A stretch of DNA of 64,000 bases from IMG/VR virus record IMGVR_UViG_2837005551_000004; one strand, given 5' to 3'. Both the position numbers and the translations under genes were made by a program. This DNA is from an uncultured virus (IMG/VR IMGVR_UViG_2837005551_000004) (Duplodnaviria; Heunggongvirae; Uroviricota; Caudoviricetes). Below are positions 38,593 through 48,921 of the stretch, piece after piece. How positions within the stretch are numbered: the first letter of the stretch is position 1; every line of letters begins with the position of its first letter. The notes under the pieces were generated by a model. It did not search any database. It saw only the letters and a program-made list of their open reading frames with translations, and was not told the origin of the DNA.

Positions 38593-38832
38593 ATGCAGAC
38601 AAAACGAAAATTACTCAACTCGCAGGAAGCCGCCGACTATCTCGGCTTCTCCCTGTCCTACTTCCGCAAGATGATGATGCGGCGCGTAATCCCCATGTAT
38701 AAGCCGAGCGGCAAACTCTGCTTTTTCGATCCCGACGACCTTGACGCATATCTCAAGAGCGTCCGCATATCGTCGCATGACGAGATTGAAGCCGAAGCAG
38801 CCCGCTATCTCGCGAACAAGAAACCTCTTTAA
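38593..38832 (+). CDS. Excisionase-family HTH protein
   Basis: LLNSQEAADYLGFSLSY...IPMYKPSGK. Confidence 0.88.
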   Translation: MQTKRKLLNSQEAADYLGFSLSYFRKMMMRRVIPMYKPSGKLCFFDPDDLDAYLKSVRISSHDEIEAEAARYLANKKPL

Positions 38833-38871
38833 CCACCTACAAATCACCTACAAATCCAATCGTTCAAGACT

Positions 38872-39363
38872 ATGCCTACAGACATTACAATCGTACCGGG
38901 TACCAAGTCCGGCAAATCAACGGACACCAAATCCAAGGACTCAAGAACCGCAAATCCAAAGAAAACCCAAATTATCATGGAGTTCCTTCACGAATGTACG
39001 CCATACGAGGCCGACGCACTCCGCGCCATGCTCTCGATTGCCGCAGGGAAAAGCACGGTGGAGACCATGCCGCAGTATGACCGCTCCGCGCTCAACCGCT
39101 ATCTCAACTTCGGATGCGACAAGGAAGCCACCGGAACCGACAGTGTACGGGCGCATCGACAGACCCGGGCACTGGAGCTGATGAAATCCGTGTCACAATA
39201 TGTGGGGAAGGAGGAGATTATTGACATCACCACCGCGCTGCTCACCGTATCTTCCGACAGGCAGGACATACAGACGGTGTTGAACAATCTTCCGAAATTG
39301 CAGACATCGGGCACCAGTCATAATATCGGAAACGTGCCGTCTAATGCGTCGATGCCGAAATAG
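38872..39363 (+). CDS. Hypothetical protein
   Basis: Long ORF in operon orientation. Confidence 0.65.
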   Translation: MPTDITIVPGTKSGKSTDTKSKDSRTANPKKTQIIMEFLHECTPYEADALRAMLSIAAGKSTVETMPQYDRSALNRYLNFGCDKEATGTDSVRAHRQTRALELMKSVSQYVGKEEIIDITTALLTVSSDRQDIQTVLNNLPKLQTSGTSHNIGNVPSNASMPK

Positions 39364-39615
39364 AGAATCATCGTCAGTCCTCTTTTCCCCTCCGTTTTCG
39401 TTGTTTCTCTATCCTTAATTATAAAAAGTCGGAACTGATGTTTGAAGGATATTTGAAAACGCAATCTTATATGAATTGAATATCATAGATATACTGACTG
39501 ACGAGCAGAGGGGACAAGGAGAACCGCCGAGAAATTTTCATACACAAATTTTCTGTTTTGAAATTTCCAATCTTTGGCATTTCGCCAATAAACCATCTAT
39601 CAGAAAACAAGGAAC

Positions 39616-40023
39616 ATGGAACCACAAAATCAATATCCATTTTCATCTGTAAACATCCGGCTGACATCGGAAGCCGTCGAATGGCTGTCGGGAACAACCA
39701 CCGACAACGACGGCAACGAAGTTCGCAACATTGCCATCTTCAGCAGACTGCTGAAAGACATGAGAACAACGCCCGGATATGACGATACATTCCGCAGGCC
39801 GCTCAACCTGAAGCCCGGTCAGGCTCAATTCTCGGAAATCGGTATCGCCGACAAATGGAATTTTGGACGGAAGAAGATGCACAATATCCTTGCAAAAATG
39901 GAGGCCGCAGGACTGGTCGGCATATACAACTCCCGTGTCGGCTCGGCAGTCTCGTTCTCCTGCATAATGGGCTGGAAGAACTCCGTCGGAGAGCTGGTAT
40001 CTAACGGATTCTTTGCAGATTGA
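39616..40023 (+). CDS. Winged-helix-like protein
   Basis: GQAQFSEIGIADKWNFGRKKMHNIL. Confidence 0.6.
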   Translation: MEPQNQYPFSSVNIRLTSEAVEWLSGTTTDNDGNEVRNIAIFSRLLKDMRTTPGYDDTFRRPLNLKPGQAQFSEIGIADKWNFGRKKMHNILAKMEAAGLVGIYNSRVGSAVSFSCIMGWKNSVGELVSNGFFAD

Positions 40024-40084
40024 GAGCCGAATCAGATGTGCCATGAATATCCAGAAGTCCAGGTTTGAAGACCGCGTTTTTTGA

Positions 40085-40200
40085 GAAGTGTTGCGAGATA
40101 TGTTTTGGTGTTACACCCGGCTCCGCCCGGTTGCACCAAAACGCCTCGCCCTCCCTGCGGTCAGGGTCATGGCCGCTCGCAGGCTCGCACCCGATAATCA
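40085..40200. other. Putative oriT
   Basis: GCGAG..GTTTTGGTG / CACCAAAAC..CTCGC inverted repeat directly upstream of mob genes. Confidence 0.6.
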
Positions 40201-40229
40201 GTTTTACATATCACCGAATATCCGCTTAT

Positions 40230-40685
40230 ATGAATCATACAGATAACAGCCCCGACAAGAACGCCGGAAAGACAAAGCGAAAGAAGCTGCCGCCAGAGGC
40301 CGTGCGCTCCTGCACAGTCACCACAAAGATGACAGCCGCCGAGCGTCGGAAGATACACGAAATGGCCGGAGGATGCGGACTGACTCCAAGCGACTACATG
40401 AGGCATAGGGCACTCGGCTATGAGCCGCCGTCGGCACTGACGACCGAGGAAAAGGCATTGCTGCGCAACCTTGACGGATGCCGCTTGGACATTCTCAACT
40501 TCGCCAATGCACTCGCCGGAATGGGGCATGACGAGAGAATACGGCTTTTCCAAAAGGTGTCGTTCATGCTCGACTGGTACAAGCAGGTAGTGCCTATTAC
40601 CAATGCCGTCACCGAGTTTATTAACGTCGTTACGAGCAGCGGCAGAATCAGGATAAGGACAACCAGAAAGAATAAAGACAACTGA
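40230..40685 (+). CDS. Relaxosome accessory RHH protein (MobC/MobA-like)
   Basis: TTKMTAAER..I...A...GLTPSDYMR. Confidence 0.8.
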   Translation: MNHTDNSPDKNAGKTKRKKLPPEAVRSCTVTTKMTAAERRKIHEMAGGCGLTPSDYMRHRALGYEPPSALTTEEKALLRNLDGCRLDILNFANALAGMGHDERIRLFQKVSFMLDWYKQVVPITNAVTEFINVVTSSGRIRIRTTRKNKDN

Positions 40686-40689
40686 AAAC

Positions 40690-41886
40690 ATGATAGCGAA
40701 AGCCAAATCAATATCGCACGGCATAAACGCGCTGAACTACATAACAGGCGTGTCGGCGAACAAGAAGCACCTGGAGAATATATTTCACATCTGCGACAGC
40801 CTTCTCCCTCCCGGCATAGACCCTTTGGGGATATGGAACTCGGTAAAGCTGGACTCCTTGTGCCGTCCACGAATGAAGAACAACCTCATAAGGATAGAGA
40901 TAAGCCCGGCGGTGGAACATACACGTGATTTCACGCCGGAGGACTGGAAACAGCTCTGGCAGGATTTCGTCACGGAGTTTGACCGTCAGGAGATGAAAGA
41001 CAGGAAAGGCCGCTTGCTCTCTCCAAGAACCAATCTCGCAGGAAGCAAGTCAACCGTGTGGCTGCACCTTGAATCCGACAGCGGGACTCCGCACCTCCAC
41101 GCGATAGTGAGCCGTCTTGACGAAGACGGAAACATCAACAACGACAGCAACATCCATTTGCGGGCACAACGGGCGGCGGAACGTGTCGCGAGAAAACGGG
41201 GCTGGCAGACAGCGGCCAATATCCACGACATAAACCGTCAGTCTGTCAGCCGCGACTGTCTCGATGTCCTGTACAGAATGAGTGAATGGTCGATTGACGA
41301 TTATTTCGCCCGGCTTGAGGCGAAAGGATATAGTTTCAAGGTAAGGACTGATGAGAAAGGCGTAATCCGAGGATATATACTGAAAAAAGGAAATGCGAAG
41401 TTCAAGGCATCCGAGTTAGGCAAGGGTCGCAACCTCATGGCATCCAAACTTGAAGCAACATGGAATAAACTGCACCCGACGCATGGACAGCAGACAAAAG
41501 CCGACAGCGAGGAATACTATAATCGACCCGACTATACCGCTTACAGACCTGATACCCGGCGAGTCAATTTCGAGCATGAAGGCAATTCCTACACCCGTTT
41601 TATCCCCGAACAGGTCATGCAGATGTTTGATAACGAGTTCGACAGCAACGAGGTGGACAACTGGGTCGACCTTATCAACGAAGCGTGCTACCATTTCGCC
41701 GTGGCTATGGGCTATATGGCGTTTCTCAACGCACCGGCCCACGTTTCAGGTGGCGGTGGGTCATCGGGCAACGACCTTCCGAGGAAGCGCGACGACCTGG
41801 AGGAAGAGATCGCCCGTGCCCGTCGTTGTGCCGAGGCAGCCCGCTCCAAGATAGGAATTGTAAGAAAACGAGGATTCAGAAGATAA
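40690..41886 (+). CDS. Relaxase (MOBP-like)
   Basis: MIAK...Y, IEISP, HLESDSGTPHLHAI. Confidence 0.9.
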   Translation: MIAKAKSISHGINALNYITGVSANKKHLENIFHICDSLLPPGIDPLGIWNSVKLDSLCRPRMKNNLIRIEISPAVEHTRDFTPEDWKQLWQDFVTEFDRQEMKDRKGRLLSPRTNLAGSKSTVWLHLESDSGTPHLHAIVSRLDEDGNINNDSNIHLRAQRAAERVARKRGWQTAANIHDINRQSVSRDCLDVLYRMSEWSIDDYFARLEAKGYSFKVRTDEKGVIRGYILKKGNAKFKASELGKGRNLMASKLEATWNKLHPTHGQQTKADSEEYYNRPDYTAYRPDTRRVNFEHEGNSYTRFIPEQVMQMFDNEFDSNEVDNWVDLINEACYHFAVAMGYMAFLNAPAHVSGGGGSSGNDLPRKRDDLEEEIARARRCAEAARSKIGIVRKRGFRR

Positions 41887-41895
41887 GCACGAATT

Positions 41896-42390
41896 ATGGC
41901 ACTCAAAAAATTCGACATATCGGAGGTCAACAAAGCCGGGGCTGACGAAAGGAACGATGAACTGCGACAGAACGAAATCGCCGCGCAAAACAATCTTGCC
42001 GGACAGATCCGAATCTTCGTAAAGGAGGCTCCAAACATTATAGAAGCATTGGATAATGCACTGTTGAAACTGGACGCTCAAAAATTCTCATCTTCGGTAA
42101 ACGACGGCATGAAGAAGACCGTCAGCGAAATGACGAGATCTTTCATCGCCGGGGTCAAGCCCACGGTTGACCGGATTGACAACAGGCAACGAGTTTCCCT
42201 TCCAAGTATTGTGTTCTATGTGGCATTTGACACGCTGATATGGCTGCTCATATTCTTTGCATTGGTAGTCTATGCCTCCTGTCAGCCCAATGTATCGGAA
42301 ACACTGCCAGGCATAATCGGGACGACTTTCTTCTTCTGGCTTGTCTCCACTGCAGCCATCGTTTACCTCTCACGCAAATTCAAATGGTAA
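41896..42390 (+). CDS. Membrane protein downstream of relaxase
   Basis: Two C-terminal TM segments. Confidence 0.7.
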   Translation: MALKKFDISEVNKAGADERNDELRQNEIAAQNNLAGQIRIFVKEAPNIIEALDNALLKLDAQKFSSSVNDGMKKTVSEMTRSFIAGVKPTVDRIDNRQRVSLPSIVFYVAFDTLIWLLIFFALVVYASCQPNVSETLPGIIGTTFFFWLVSTAAIVYLSRKFKW

Positions 42391-42555
42391 TGATTGTACA
42401 AGTAACAAAAACAATGATCAGCCTAAATATGCTCTGTTCCGATACATTCCCAACAATGCCGATAAAACACCTCCGTCGGGGCTGTTTTGTTACCCACTCA
42501 AAAATAACAATTTGTTACCCGTTGATAATCAATGCTAAGCATGGATATATCGAAA

Positions 42556-42926
42556 ATTTCCACCAGTATTTTTTCAATCTCCCTCCCGACAACGACTATA
42601 TCAAGTGGACTGTCGGCAAGGCGATGTATATGGCTGACGGCACCGCCCTGAAGCAGAAGCAGGCCCTTGATGAGAACGGCTTTTATTCCGACATCATATC
42701 ATCTTCGGCTGTCTGCACCATAATCTGTGACTCTATCCAGTTCGACGAGCATACACGCAAGTTCAGCTACTACGGGACGCAGATTATCAAGAGGCGCACG
42801 CGCGATCTCAAACGCACCATGCTCACCACCGGCTATGTGGAGAATGTGCCACGTACCCAGAACAATCCCCACGGACTGATGATAACCAACTGGCGTACTC
42901 TTGAAAACAAAGACCTTGACTATTAA
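42556..42926 (+). pseudogene. traK: traK C-terminal fragment
   Basis: FHQYFFNLPPD...RTQNNPHGLMITNWRTLENKDL with no credible start; precedes traM. Confidence 0.85.
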
Positions 42927-42936
42927 AACCTGACTT

Positions 42937-43434
42937 ATGAAATCCCTAAGACAAACTTTCAGAGACAACCGGAGGAAAGCACATGGCGCGATACGCTCAT
43001 GGCTCCGGCCAAAGATGGGTGCCATAGGCACACGCTACCGTCTGGCCGCCCGGATAAGGAAGGCCAATTCATGGGCCATGCGACACCCTCGCCGGACTTT
43101 CGGCTATGTCGTCGGCTCCCTGCTGATGATACTATTGTGCGATATCATAGTGACCGGGGCGCGGATGGAATCTCAGGAGCCGGAACTGCAATCCATCGCC
43201 AAGGTCGAGCCTATCTTCAGCGGCTTCCGCACCATTCAGGCCAACAAGGAGGCGCAACGCCGACGGCTCATTGAGATAACAGGTGACGGTCAGGCGGTCA
43301 AGCATGAACTTGACTCCCTTATCGCCATTCCACACAAGAGCCATGACGACTCAATAGGCATAATACGCCGGTACAGGCAGCTTGAACAGATTGTAAAATC
43401 CCTCAAACATAACGATAACAATGAAAAAGATTAA
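42937..43434 (+). CDS. TraL-position membrane protein
   Basis: Single TM, between traK and traM. Confidence 0.65.
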   Translation: MKSLRQTFRDNRRKAHGAIRSWLRPKMGAIGTRYRLAARIRKANSWAMRHPRRTFGYVVGSLLMILLCDIIVTGARMESQEPELQSIAKVEPIFSGFRTIQANKEAQRRRLIEITGDGQAVKHELDSLIAIPHKSHDDSIGIIRRYRQLEQIVKSLKHNDNNEKD

Positions 43435-44620
43435 TTTCAGACAACCGAAGTATATCTTCCCTGCGGTGATTTTCGTGCCGCTGTGTGCGCTGATATATTT
43501 CGCAATGGAGACTTTCGGCGGTGGTGGCGATGACCCTCAGGCCGTGGCGACAGACCGTATCAACTCCACTCTGCCGGAGGCCAACGCCGAGGCTCCCGGT
43601 GACAAGATGTTCGAGATGTCACGCCGCTTCGGTGACGAGGACGCCTTTACCGCCGTGGGTGCGCTCGGCGAGGAACAGGAGGAACGCGAGGCTCTTGAAC
43701 ACGGCTACACCGAAGACGAGCTGAACCGTCTCGACGCGGCCGAGGCCGAGCGTATCCGTCAGCAGCAGGAGCTGGAGGAACTGGAGCGTTCCCTTGCTGA
43801 ATCGCGCCGGCATATCAACTCATACGCTTACGGCGACGGCTATAATCCTGCCGACTATGAACCTGCCGTTGACCCCCGTAGCGAATATGCACGCGACCTT
43901 GAGGCGATACAGCAGCGCAGCTACGAGCGTCAGAAAGCTATTGAGGCCGGACTTGGCATAGGACAGCCCGACCCGGAGGAAGCCATGCGCAAGCACCGGG
44001 CCGACTCCATAGCAAGAGTGCGTGAGATCGAGCGTGAGAAGAACCGCCCCCTGCTGGTGCTTAAATCACGGGAGACCAATGCCGACAAGTTCAATACCGT
44101 GGGGAGTTCGGCCGATAATGTCGATGCTCCGCTTATCCGTGCCATGATCGACAAGACAACAAAGGCGCACGAGGGCACGAGGCTACGTTTCAAGTTGCTC
44201 GATGATGTGACCATACATGATGTGAGGCTTGCAAAGGGCACATACCTGTACGGCACCGTCACCGGCTTCGGCCAACAGCGTGTCCGCGCCGCCATCACTT
44301 CCATTCTTGTAGGCGGAAAGTTCCTGAAAGTGAACCTGTCGGTGTTCGACAACGACGGCATGGAGGGCTTCTATGTCCCGGAGTCCGCTTTCCGCGACTT
44401 TATGAAAGAGGCGGGTACCAGCACAGTGCAGCAGAATATCAGCTTTGAGTCGGAGAGCGGCTACGGCTCCGGAATATCAGGCGAGGCCATCGCTTTGCAG
44501 GCTCTCCAGAATATGTATAACTCCGCGACTTCCGCTGTGTCGGCCAATATCCGCAAGAACAAGGCGAAAATCAAATACAACACTATCGTTTACCTTATCA
44601 ATTCAGAGGAAGCATATTAA
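43421..44620 (+). CDS. traM: Conjugative transposon TraM
   Basis: RLRFKLLDD, LSVFDNDGMEGFYVP. Confidence 0.9.
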   Translation: MKKINFRQPKYIFPAVIFVPLCALIYFAMETFGGGGDDPQAVATDRINSTLPEANAEAPGDKMFEMSRRFGDEDAFTAVGALGEEQEEREALEHGYTEDELNRLDAAEAERIRQQQELEELERSLAESRRHINSYAYGDGYNPADYEPAVDPRSEYARDLEAIQQRSYERQKAIEAGLGIGQPDPEEAMRKHRADSIARVREIEREKNRPLLVLKSRETNADKFNTVGSSADNVDAPLIRAMIDKTTKAHEGTRLRFKLLDDVTIHDVRLAKGTYLYGTVTGFGQQRVRAAITSILVGGKFLKVNLSVFDNDGMEGFYVPESAFRDFMKEAGTSTVQQNISFESESGYGSGISGEAIALQALQNMYNSATSAVSANIRKNKAKIKYNTIVYLINSEEAY

Positions 44621-44641
44621 CCGGTAATCAACCAACCCATT

Positions 44642-45514
44642 ATGAAAGATAAAATTATTGCAGCGACCCTCGCGCTATGCGCCGTCGCAATCCCGGCGAC
44701 AGCCAAAGAGAAGATCCTTGTCAACTCGGAAGTGACAACACATATCGTCATGCCTGAGAATATCAAGATGGTGGACTTATCCACCACTAAGATTATCGGC
44801 AACCAGTGTGCCGACAACATAGTGCGTATCAAGCCGTTCATCGAGGCTGACTCTGTACCCGCCCACTACCGCGAGGGTGAGCTGATGGGTACTCTCACAC
44901 TCATCGGCGAGCGGCATCTGGCACAGTACGATGTGGTATATACCGCCGCCCCTTCGCGTGCCGCCTCTATCCACCGTGTGCCATACGCCGGATTGGACTC
45001 ATACATCAATCCGGAGGTATCCATGCCTCAGTCGGAAATGGCACGTTATGCCTGGGCCGTATATGGCAGCGGTCGAAAATACAATCAGGTGGTCTCCAAA
45101 GCCAACGGCATGAAGGCGATTGTCAACAACATCTATTCGATAGGCAACTATTTCTTCATCGACTACTCCCTTCAGAACAGCACGAAGATAGCATACGACA
45201 TCGCCGAGGTGCGAGTGAAGCTCACTGACAAGAAGGAGGTCAAGGCCACAAACTCGCAGACGGTGGAATTGTCGCCGGTATATTCGCTGAACCTTGCCAG
45301 GAAGTTCAAAAAGAACTACCGCAACGTGCTTGTGCTCGACAAGCTGACTTTCCCAGACGAGAAGGTGCTCCGCATCGAAATATCCGAGAACCAGATAAGC
45401 GGACGTGTCATAACCCTTACCGTGGAGTATGACGACATTCTCAACGCCGACGGCTTCGACTCCGACATACTCAAAAATCTGCCGTTCAACTATTCACCCC
45501 ATATTTACAAATAA
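44642..45514 (+). CDS. traN: Conjugative transposon TraN
   Basis: TTHIVMPENIKMVDLS, KLTFPDEKVL. Confidence 0.88.
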   Translation: MKDKIIAATLALCAVAIPATAKEKILVNSEVTTHIVMPENIKMVDLSTTKIIGNQCADNIVRIKPFIEADSVPAHYREGELMGTLTLIGERHLAQYDVVYTAAPSRAASIHRVPYAGLDSYINPEVSMPQSEMARYAWAVYGSGRKYNQVVSKANGMKAIVNNIYSIGNYFFIDYSLQNSTKIAYDIAEVRVKLTDKKEVKATNSQTVELSPVYSLNLARKFKKNYRNVLVLDKLTFPDEKVLRIEISENQISGRVITLTVEYDDILNADGFDSDILKNLPFNYSPHIYK

Positions 45515-45523
45515 TCCGGCACT

Positions 45524-45994
45524 ATGAAAAAGACACTATTCGCAATCATCTGTGCGGTGGCTTCTCTCACGGCCACCGCGCAGGAAAACAAGATAGCCGT
45601 CAACGCAGGCTTCCTGTTCCCGTCAACTCTCAACGCCACCGTTGGCTACGAGAGGTCGTTCACCTACGGCAACGCCGTGGAGGTCTATGGCGAGATTGGC
45701 AATCATTGGAAATCGGGCGAGGGTCAGTTCTGGAAAGGTTATTACTGGGACGGGGGCATAATCTACAAACACCGTTTGCACCGTTACAAGAACGGCAGCT
45801 TCCGTGTCCGCTTCGGCCCTCAGTTCGGAGCGGTGGAGAGAAAGTTTTTCATCGGTATCGAGGGAGGCTTTGAATACAACTATGTGTTTCAGAACGGATG
45901 CGAGTTCTCGATCATACAGAAGAATAATGTGAATTTCCTGCATGGCGACACGTTCCGCAACGGCCTCATGCTCGGATTCAAGATACCTTTCTGA
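45524..45994 (+). CDS. TraO-like outer-membrane beta-barrel
   Basis: Signal peptide, alternating strands, C-terminal F. Confidence 0.7.
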   Translation: MKKTLFAIICAVASLTATAQENKIAVNAGFLFPSTLNATVGYERSFTYGNAVEVYGEIGNHWKSGEGQFWKGYYWDGGIIYKHRLHRYKNGSFRVRFGPQFGAVERKFFIGIEGGFEYNYVFQNGCEFSIIQKNNVNFLHGDTFRNGLMLGFKIPF

Positions 45995-45996
45995 AA

Positions 45997-46269
45997 TCAG
46001 CCGAACAATTCCGAATGGGAGCCGAGACGCACAAGATTGATCTCATCTGTGTCCGGGTCAAACCATATCAAAAGGAAATCACCTTCTATATGGCACTCCA
46101 TGTGGCCGGCATAATTCCCCGTCAGAGGGTGAGGACGGTTTTCTTCCGGTATCGGCTCCTCATTTTGTAGCAACTCCAGAATCCTGAACAGTTTTTCAAC
46201 CTTTTTCGGATTATTGCGGAAACGCTTGTAGTCTTTCTTGTATTGACTGCCGGGTTTTAGTTTTTTCAT
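45997..46269 (-). CDS. yafQ: YafQ-family mRNA interferase toxin
   Basis: HPLTGNY...ECHIEGDFLLI...RLGSHSELF. Confidence 0.92.
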   Translation of the reverse strand: MKKLKPGSQYKKDYKRFRNNPKKVEKLFRILELLQNEEPIPEENRPHPLTGNYAGHMECHIEGDFLLIWFDPDTDEINLVRLGSHSELFG

Positions 46270-46526
46270 AATCCCATGGATTTTTCCATCGCCTCAACCG
46301 AGGAAAGATTCAGGGCAGGCTCGTTGCGGAGACGACCGCTTGCCGCCTCTTCCATTGCCTCAAGTGTGACAGCATTAGGTTCGTGGTATGCGGCATCAAG
46401 GAGAACAGTCTCAACATAATTGTTAAGGCTGCGGTTCTGCCGTTTTGCAAGCTGCTTCAATCTGTCAATGAGTTCCACGGAAAGGCGGAAGCTCTGGTTC
46501 TTTTTCAGTGCTATTTCCATATCCAT
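46266..46526 (-). CDS. RHH antitoxin
   Basis: SFRL...NRSLNNYVE, PNAVTLEAMEE; overlaps toxin start. Confidence 0.85.
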   Translation of the reverse strand: MDMEIALKKNQSFRLSVELIDRLKQLAKRQNRSLNNYVETVLLDAAYHEPNAVTLEAMEEAASGRLRNEPALNLSSVEAMEKSMGL

Positions 46527-46598
46527 ATTATTTTATACTGCAAAGTTAGTGTAAATGTATTACAAAAACAATAATTCTACCATATAAGTTCCCAGACT

Positions 46599-48908
46599 AT
46601 GGCTTTTGAAGAAACAAAGGAACAGCAACAGATGTATAACTACTTCCGTAGCTGTATCTACATATTCCTGATTATCGAGATCGTGATGAACCTGCCTATC
46701 ACGGCTGACAACCGCGTGACGCAGTTCATACTCGACCTGCTCGGACGCTTCAAGGTGTTCAACTCCGTGGCCGGGTGCAAGGTTGTCGAACTTGTTTGCA
46801 TATGTGTGGTATGTATCGGCACCAAAGCGAAAAAGGCATTGAAGTTCAATCTGAAGACTATGGTGGTATATCCGGTGCTTGCAGGTCTCACTCTCGTAGG
46901 ACTGTGCTTCATCTTCCATCACGGCACATGGGGTATGTCGCTCTTCGGCTTCCCGGCAAGCCGTGTCCTGTATGCCTTCTGCTCGGTGGTCGGCACCATG
47001 CTCGTTCACCAGGGACTCGACGGTATCGCCAAGTATTACAACCACAAGGTCGGTGAGGACAGGTTTAATTTTGAGAATGAATCTTTTGAACAGTCCCGTC
47101 AGGAGGCCAATACCCCTTATTCAGTGAATATCCCGATGATATTCTACTGGAAAAAGCGTATGCACAACGGCTACATCAACATTATCAATCCGTTCCGAGG
47201 AACGATTGTGTTGGGTACTCCCGGCTCCGGCAAGTCTTTCGGCATCATAGATCCGTTCATTAGGCAGCACGCAAGAAAGGGCTTCGCCATGATGGTATAT
47301 GACTATAAGTTCCCGACGCTTGCCAAGACGCTTTTCTATCAGTATTGCAAGAACTTACACTACGGTAATCTGCCGAATGGCTGCGGTTTCCGCATAGTCA
47401 ATTTTACCGATGTGGAGTATTCCAACCGTATCAATCCAATCCAGCGTAAATACATTCCCGACCTCGCGGCGGCTTCGGAGACGGCAGCCACGCTTCTTGC
47501 CTCGCTCAACAAGGGCGGTGGTGAGAAAAAGGGCGGCTCGGAGGCTTTCTTCACCAACTCGGCCGAGAATTTTCTCGCGGCGATCATCTATTTCTTTGTG
47601 AATTTCCACCCGACAGGTTTTCTGAAAGGGAAAAAACTGAAACGCTATATATCGCATGAGGGCAAGAAATTGGAGCTTGTGATACGCAACTGGGACGATT
47701 TCAACGCTCTGGACGAGAACGGCGAGGTCATGCTTGACTTCGTGAACGAGAACGGACGCGACGTATCCACCGACGAGGACAAGATGTTCGTTGACCTTAA
47801 CGGCTTCTCCTATATCGACCGCATGGGTAAGCTGATACTGATTGACCGCTGTTGGTATGAGGACGAGAACGGAAACGAGGTTGAGCCGGACACTATCACA
47901 GGTGAGTTTTCGGATATGCCCCATGTGCTGTCGTTCCTTGGACGCAAGTATTCCGAGGTGTTCGACATTCTGATGATGGACGATAAGATAGCCTCGCTGA
48001 TGGCTCCCTTCAAGTCCGCATACGAAAACAAAGCCAACGACCAGCTTGAAGGTATGGTGGGTACTCTCCGCGTAAATGCCGCACGCCTTGTATCTCCTGA
48101 AGCCTATTGGGTGTTCACCGGCGATGATTTTGACTTGAAGATTTCCGACCCGGTGAGTCCGAGCTATCTTGTGATTGCCAACGACCCCGAAAAGGAACAG
48201 GTCATCGGCTCTCTGAACGCTCTTGTGCTTAACCGTCTGATAACCCGTGTCAATTCCAAAGGCAACATCCCTGTCAGTATCATCGTTGACGAGCTTCCCA
48301 CGCTGTACTTCCACAAGATTGACCGACTGATCGGCACGGCGCGAAGCAACAAGGTTGCCGTGACCCTCGGTTTTCAGGAGCTTCCGCAGTTGGAGGCTGA
48401 CTATGGCAAGGTGGGTATGCAGAAGATTATCACGACCTGCGGTAACATATTCATGGGTGCGGCACGAAACAAGGAGACTCTTGAATGGGCGCAGAATGAT
48501 GTTTTCGGTAAAGCAAAGCAGACATCGACATCAATCACCATAAACGACCAGAAAATCTCAACCTCCATTTCCGAGAAGATGGACTATCTCGTTCCGGCGG
48601 CGAAAATCGCTGACATGGCTACGGGCTGGCTTGCAGGTCAGGCGGCACGTGACTTCACGGCCACCGATGAAAAAATGCTGTCGCATTTCGACATCGAGGA
48701 CTCCGAGGAGTTCAAGACAACCAAGTATTTCTGCAAGACGCACTTCGATATGGCACGTATCAAGGAGGAGGAATCCAACTATGTGGAGTTGCCTAAAATC
48801 TATTCTTTCGACAGTGAGCGAGAGAAGGAGATTATGCTCAACCGCAATTTCAAGCGTGTTAACCAGGAGGTGGCCGATATGGTTAAGGAACTTCTTGGCA
48901 CTGAATAA
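46599..48908 (+). CDS. Type IV coupling protein (TraG/TraD/VirD4 family)
   Basis: N-terminal TMs, GTPGSGKS, IIVDELPT, TARSNKVAV. Confidence 0.92.
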   Translation: MAFEETKEQQQMYNYFRSCIYIFLIIEIVMNLPITADNRVTQFILDLLGRFKVFNSVAGCKVVELVCICVVCIGTKAKKALKFNLKTMVVYPVLAGLTLVGLCFIFHHGTWGMSLFGFPASRVLYAFCSVVGTMLVHQGLDGIAKYYNHKVGEDRFNFENESFEQSRQEANTPYSVNIPMIFYWKKRMHNGYINIINPFRGTIVLGTPGSGKSFGIIDPFIRQHARKGFAMMVYDYKFPTLAKTLFYQYCKNLHYGNLPNGCGFRIVNFTDVEYSNRINPIQRKYIPDLAAASETAATLLASLNKGGGEKKGGSEAFFTNSAENFLAAIIYFFVNFHPTGFLKGKKLKRYISHEGKKLELVIRNWDDFNALDENGEVMLDFVNENGRDVSTDEDKMFVDLNGFSYIDRMGKLILIDRCWYEDENGNEVEPDTITGEFSDMPHVLSFLGRKYSEVFDILMMDDKIASLMAPFKSAYENKANDQLEGMVGTLRVNAARLVSPEAYWVFTGDDFDLKISDPVSPSYLVIANDPEKEQVIGSLNALVLNRLITRVNSKGNIPVSIIVDELPTLYFHKIDRLIGTARSNKVAVTLGFQELPQLEADYGKVGMQKIITTCGNIFMGAARNKETLEWAQNDVFGKAKQTSTSITINDQKISTSISEKMDYLVPAAKIADMATGWLAGQAARDFTATDEKMLSHFDIEDSEEFKTTKYFCKTHFDMARIKEEESNYVELPKIYSFDSEREKEIMLNRNFKRVNQEVADMVKELLGTE

Positions 48909-48921
48909 CACATTTTTTATC

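Larger units (their letters stand above)
37364..42555 (+). mobile_element. Mobilizable integrative element (right part; integrase outside window)
   Basis: xis, oriT, mob pair, terminator, TTGTTACCC direct repeats at 42487 and 42512, abuts traK fragment; right junction approximate. Confidence 0.75.

Noticed and set aside
42240..42926. Intact 228-aa traK as in the ORF track
   Set aside because: Its first half runs through another gene's end, a terminator and att-like repeats; only the C-terminal part is TraK-like.
48631..48921. N-terminal extensions of TraX (also Fic 49795, mob 40065, repressor 35655)
   Set aside because: They overlap upstream genes or promoter/oriT DNA; downstream ATGs fit better.
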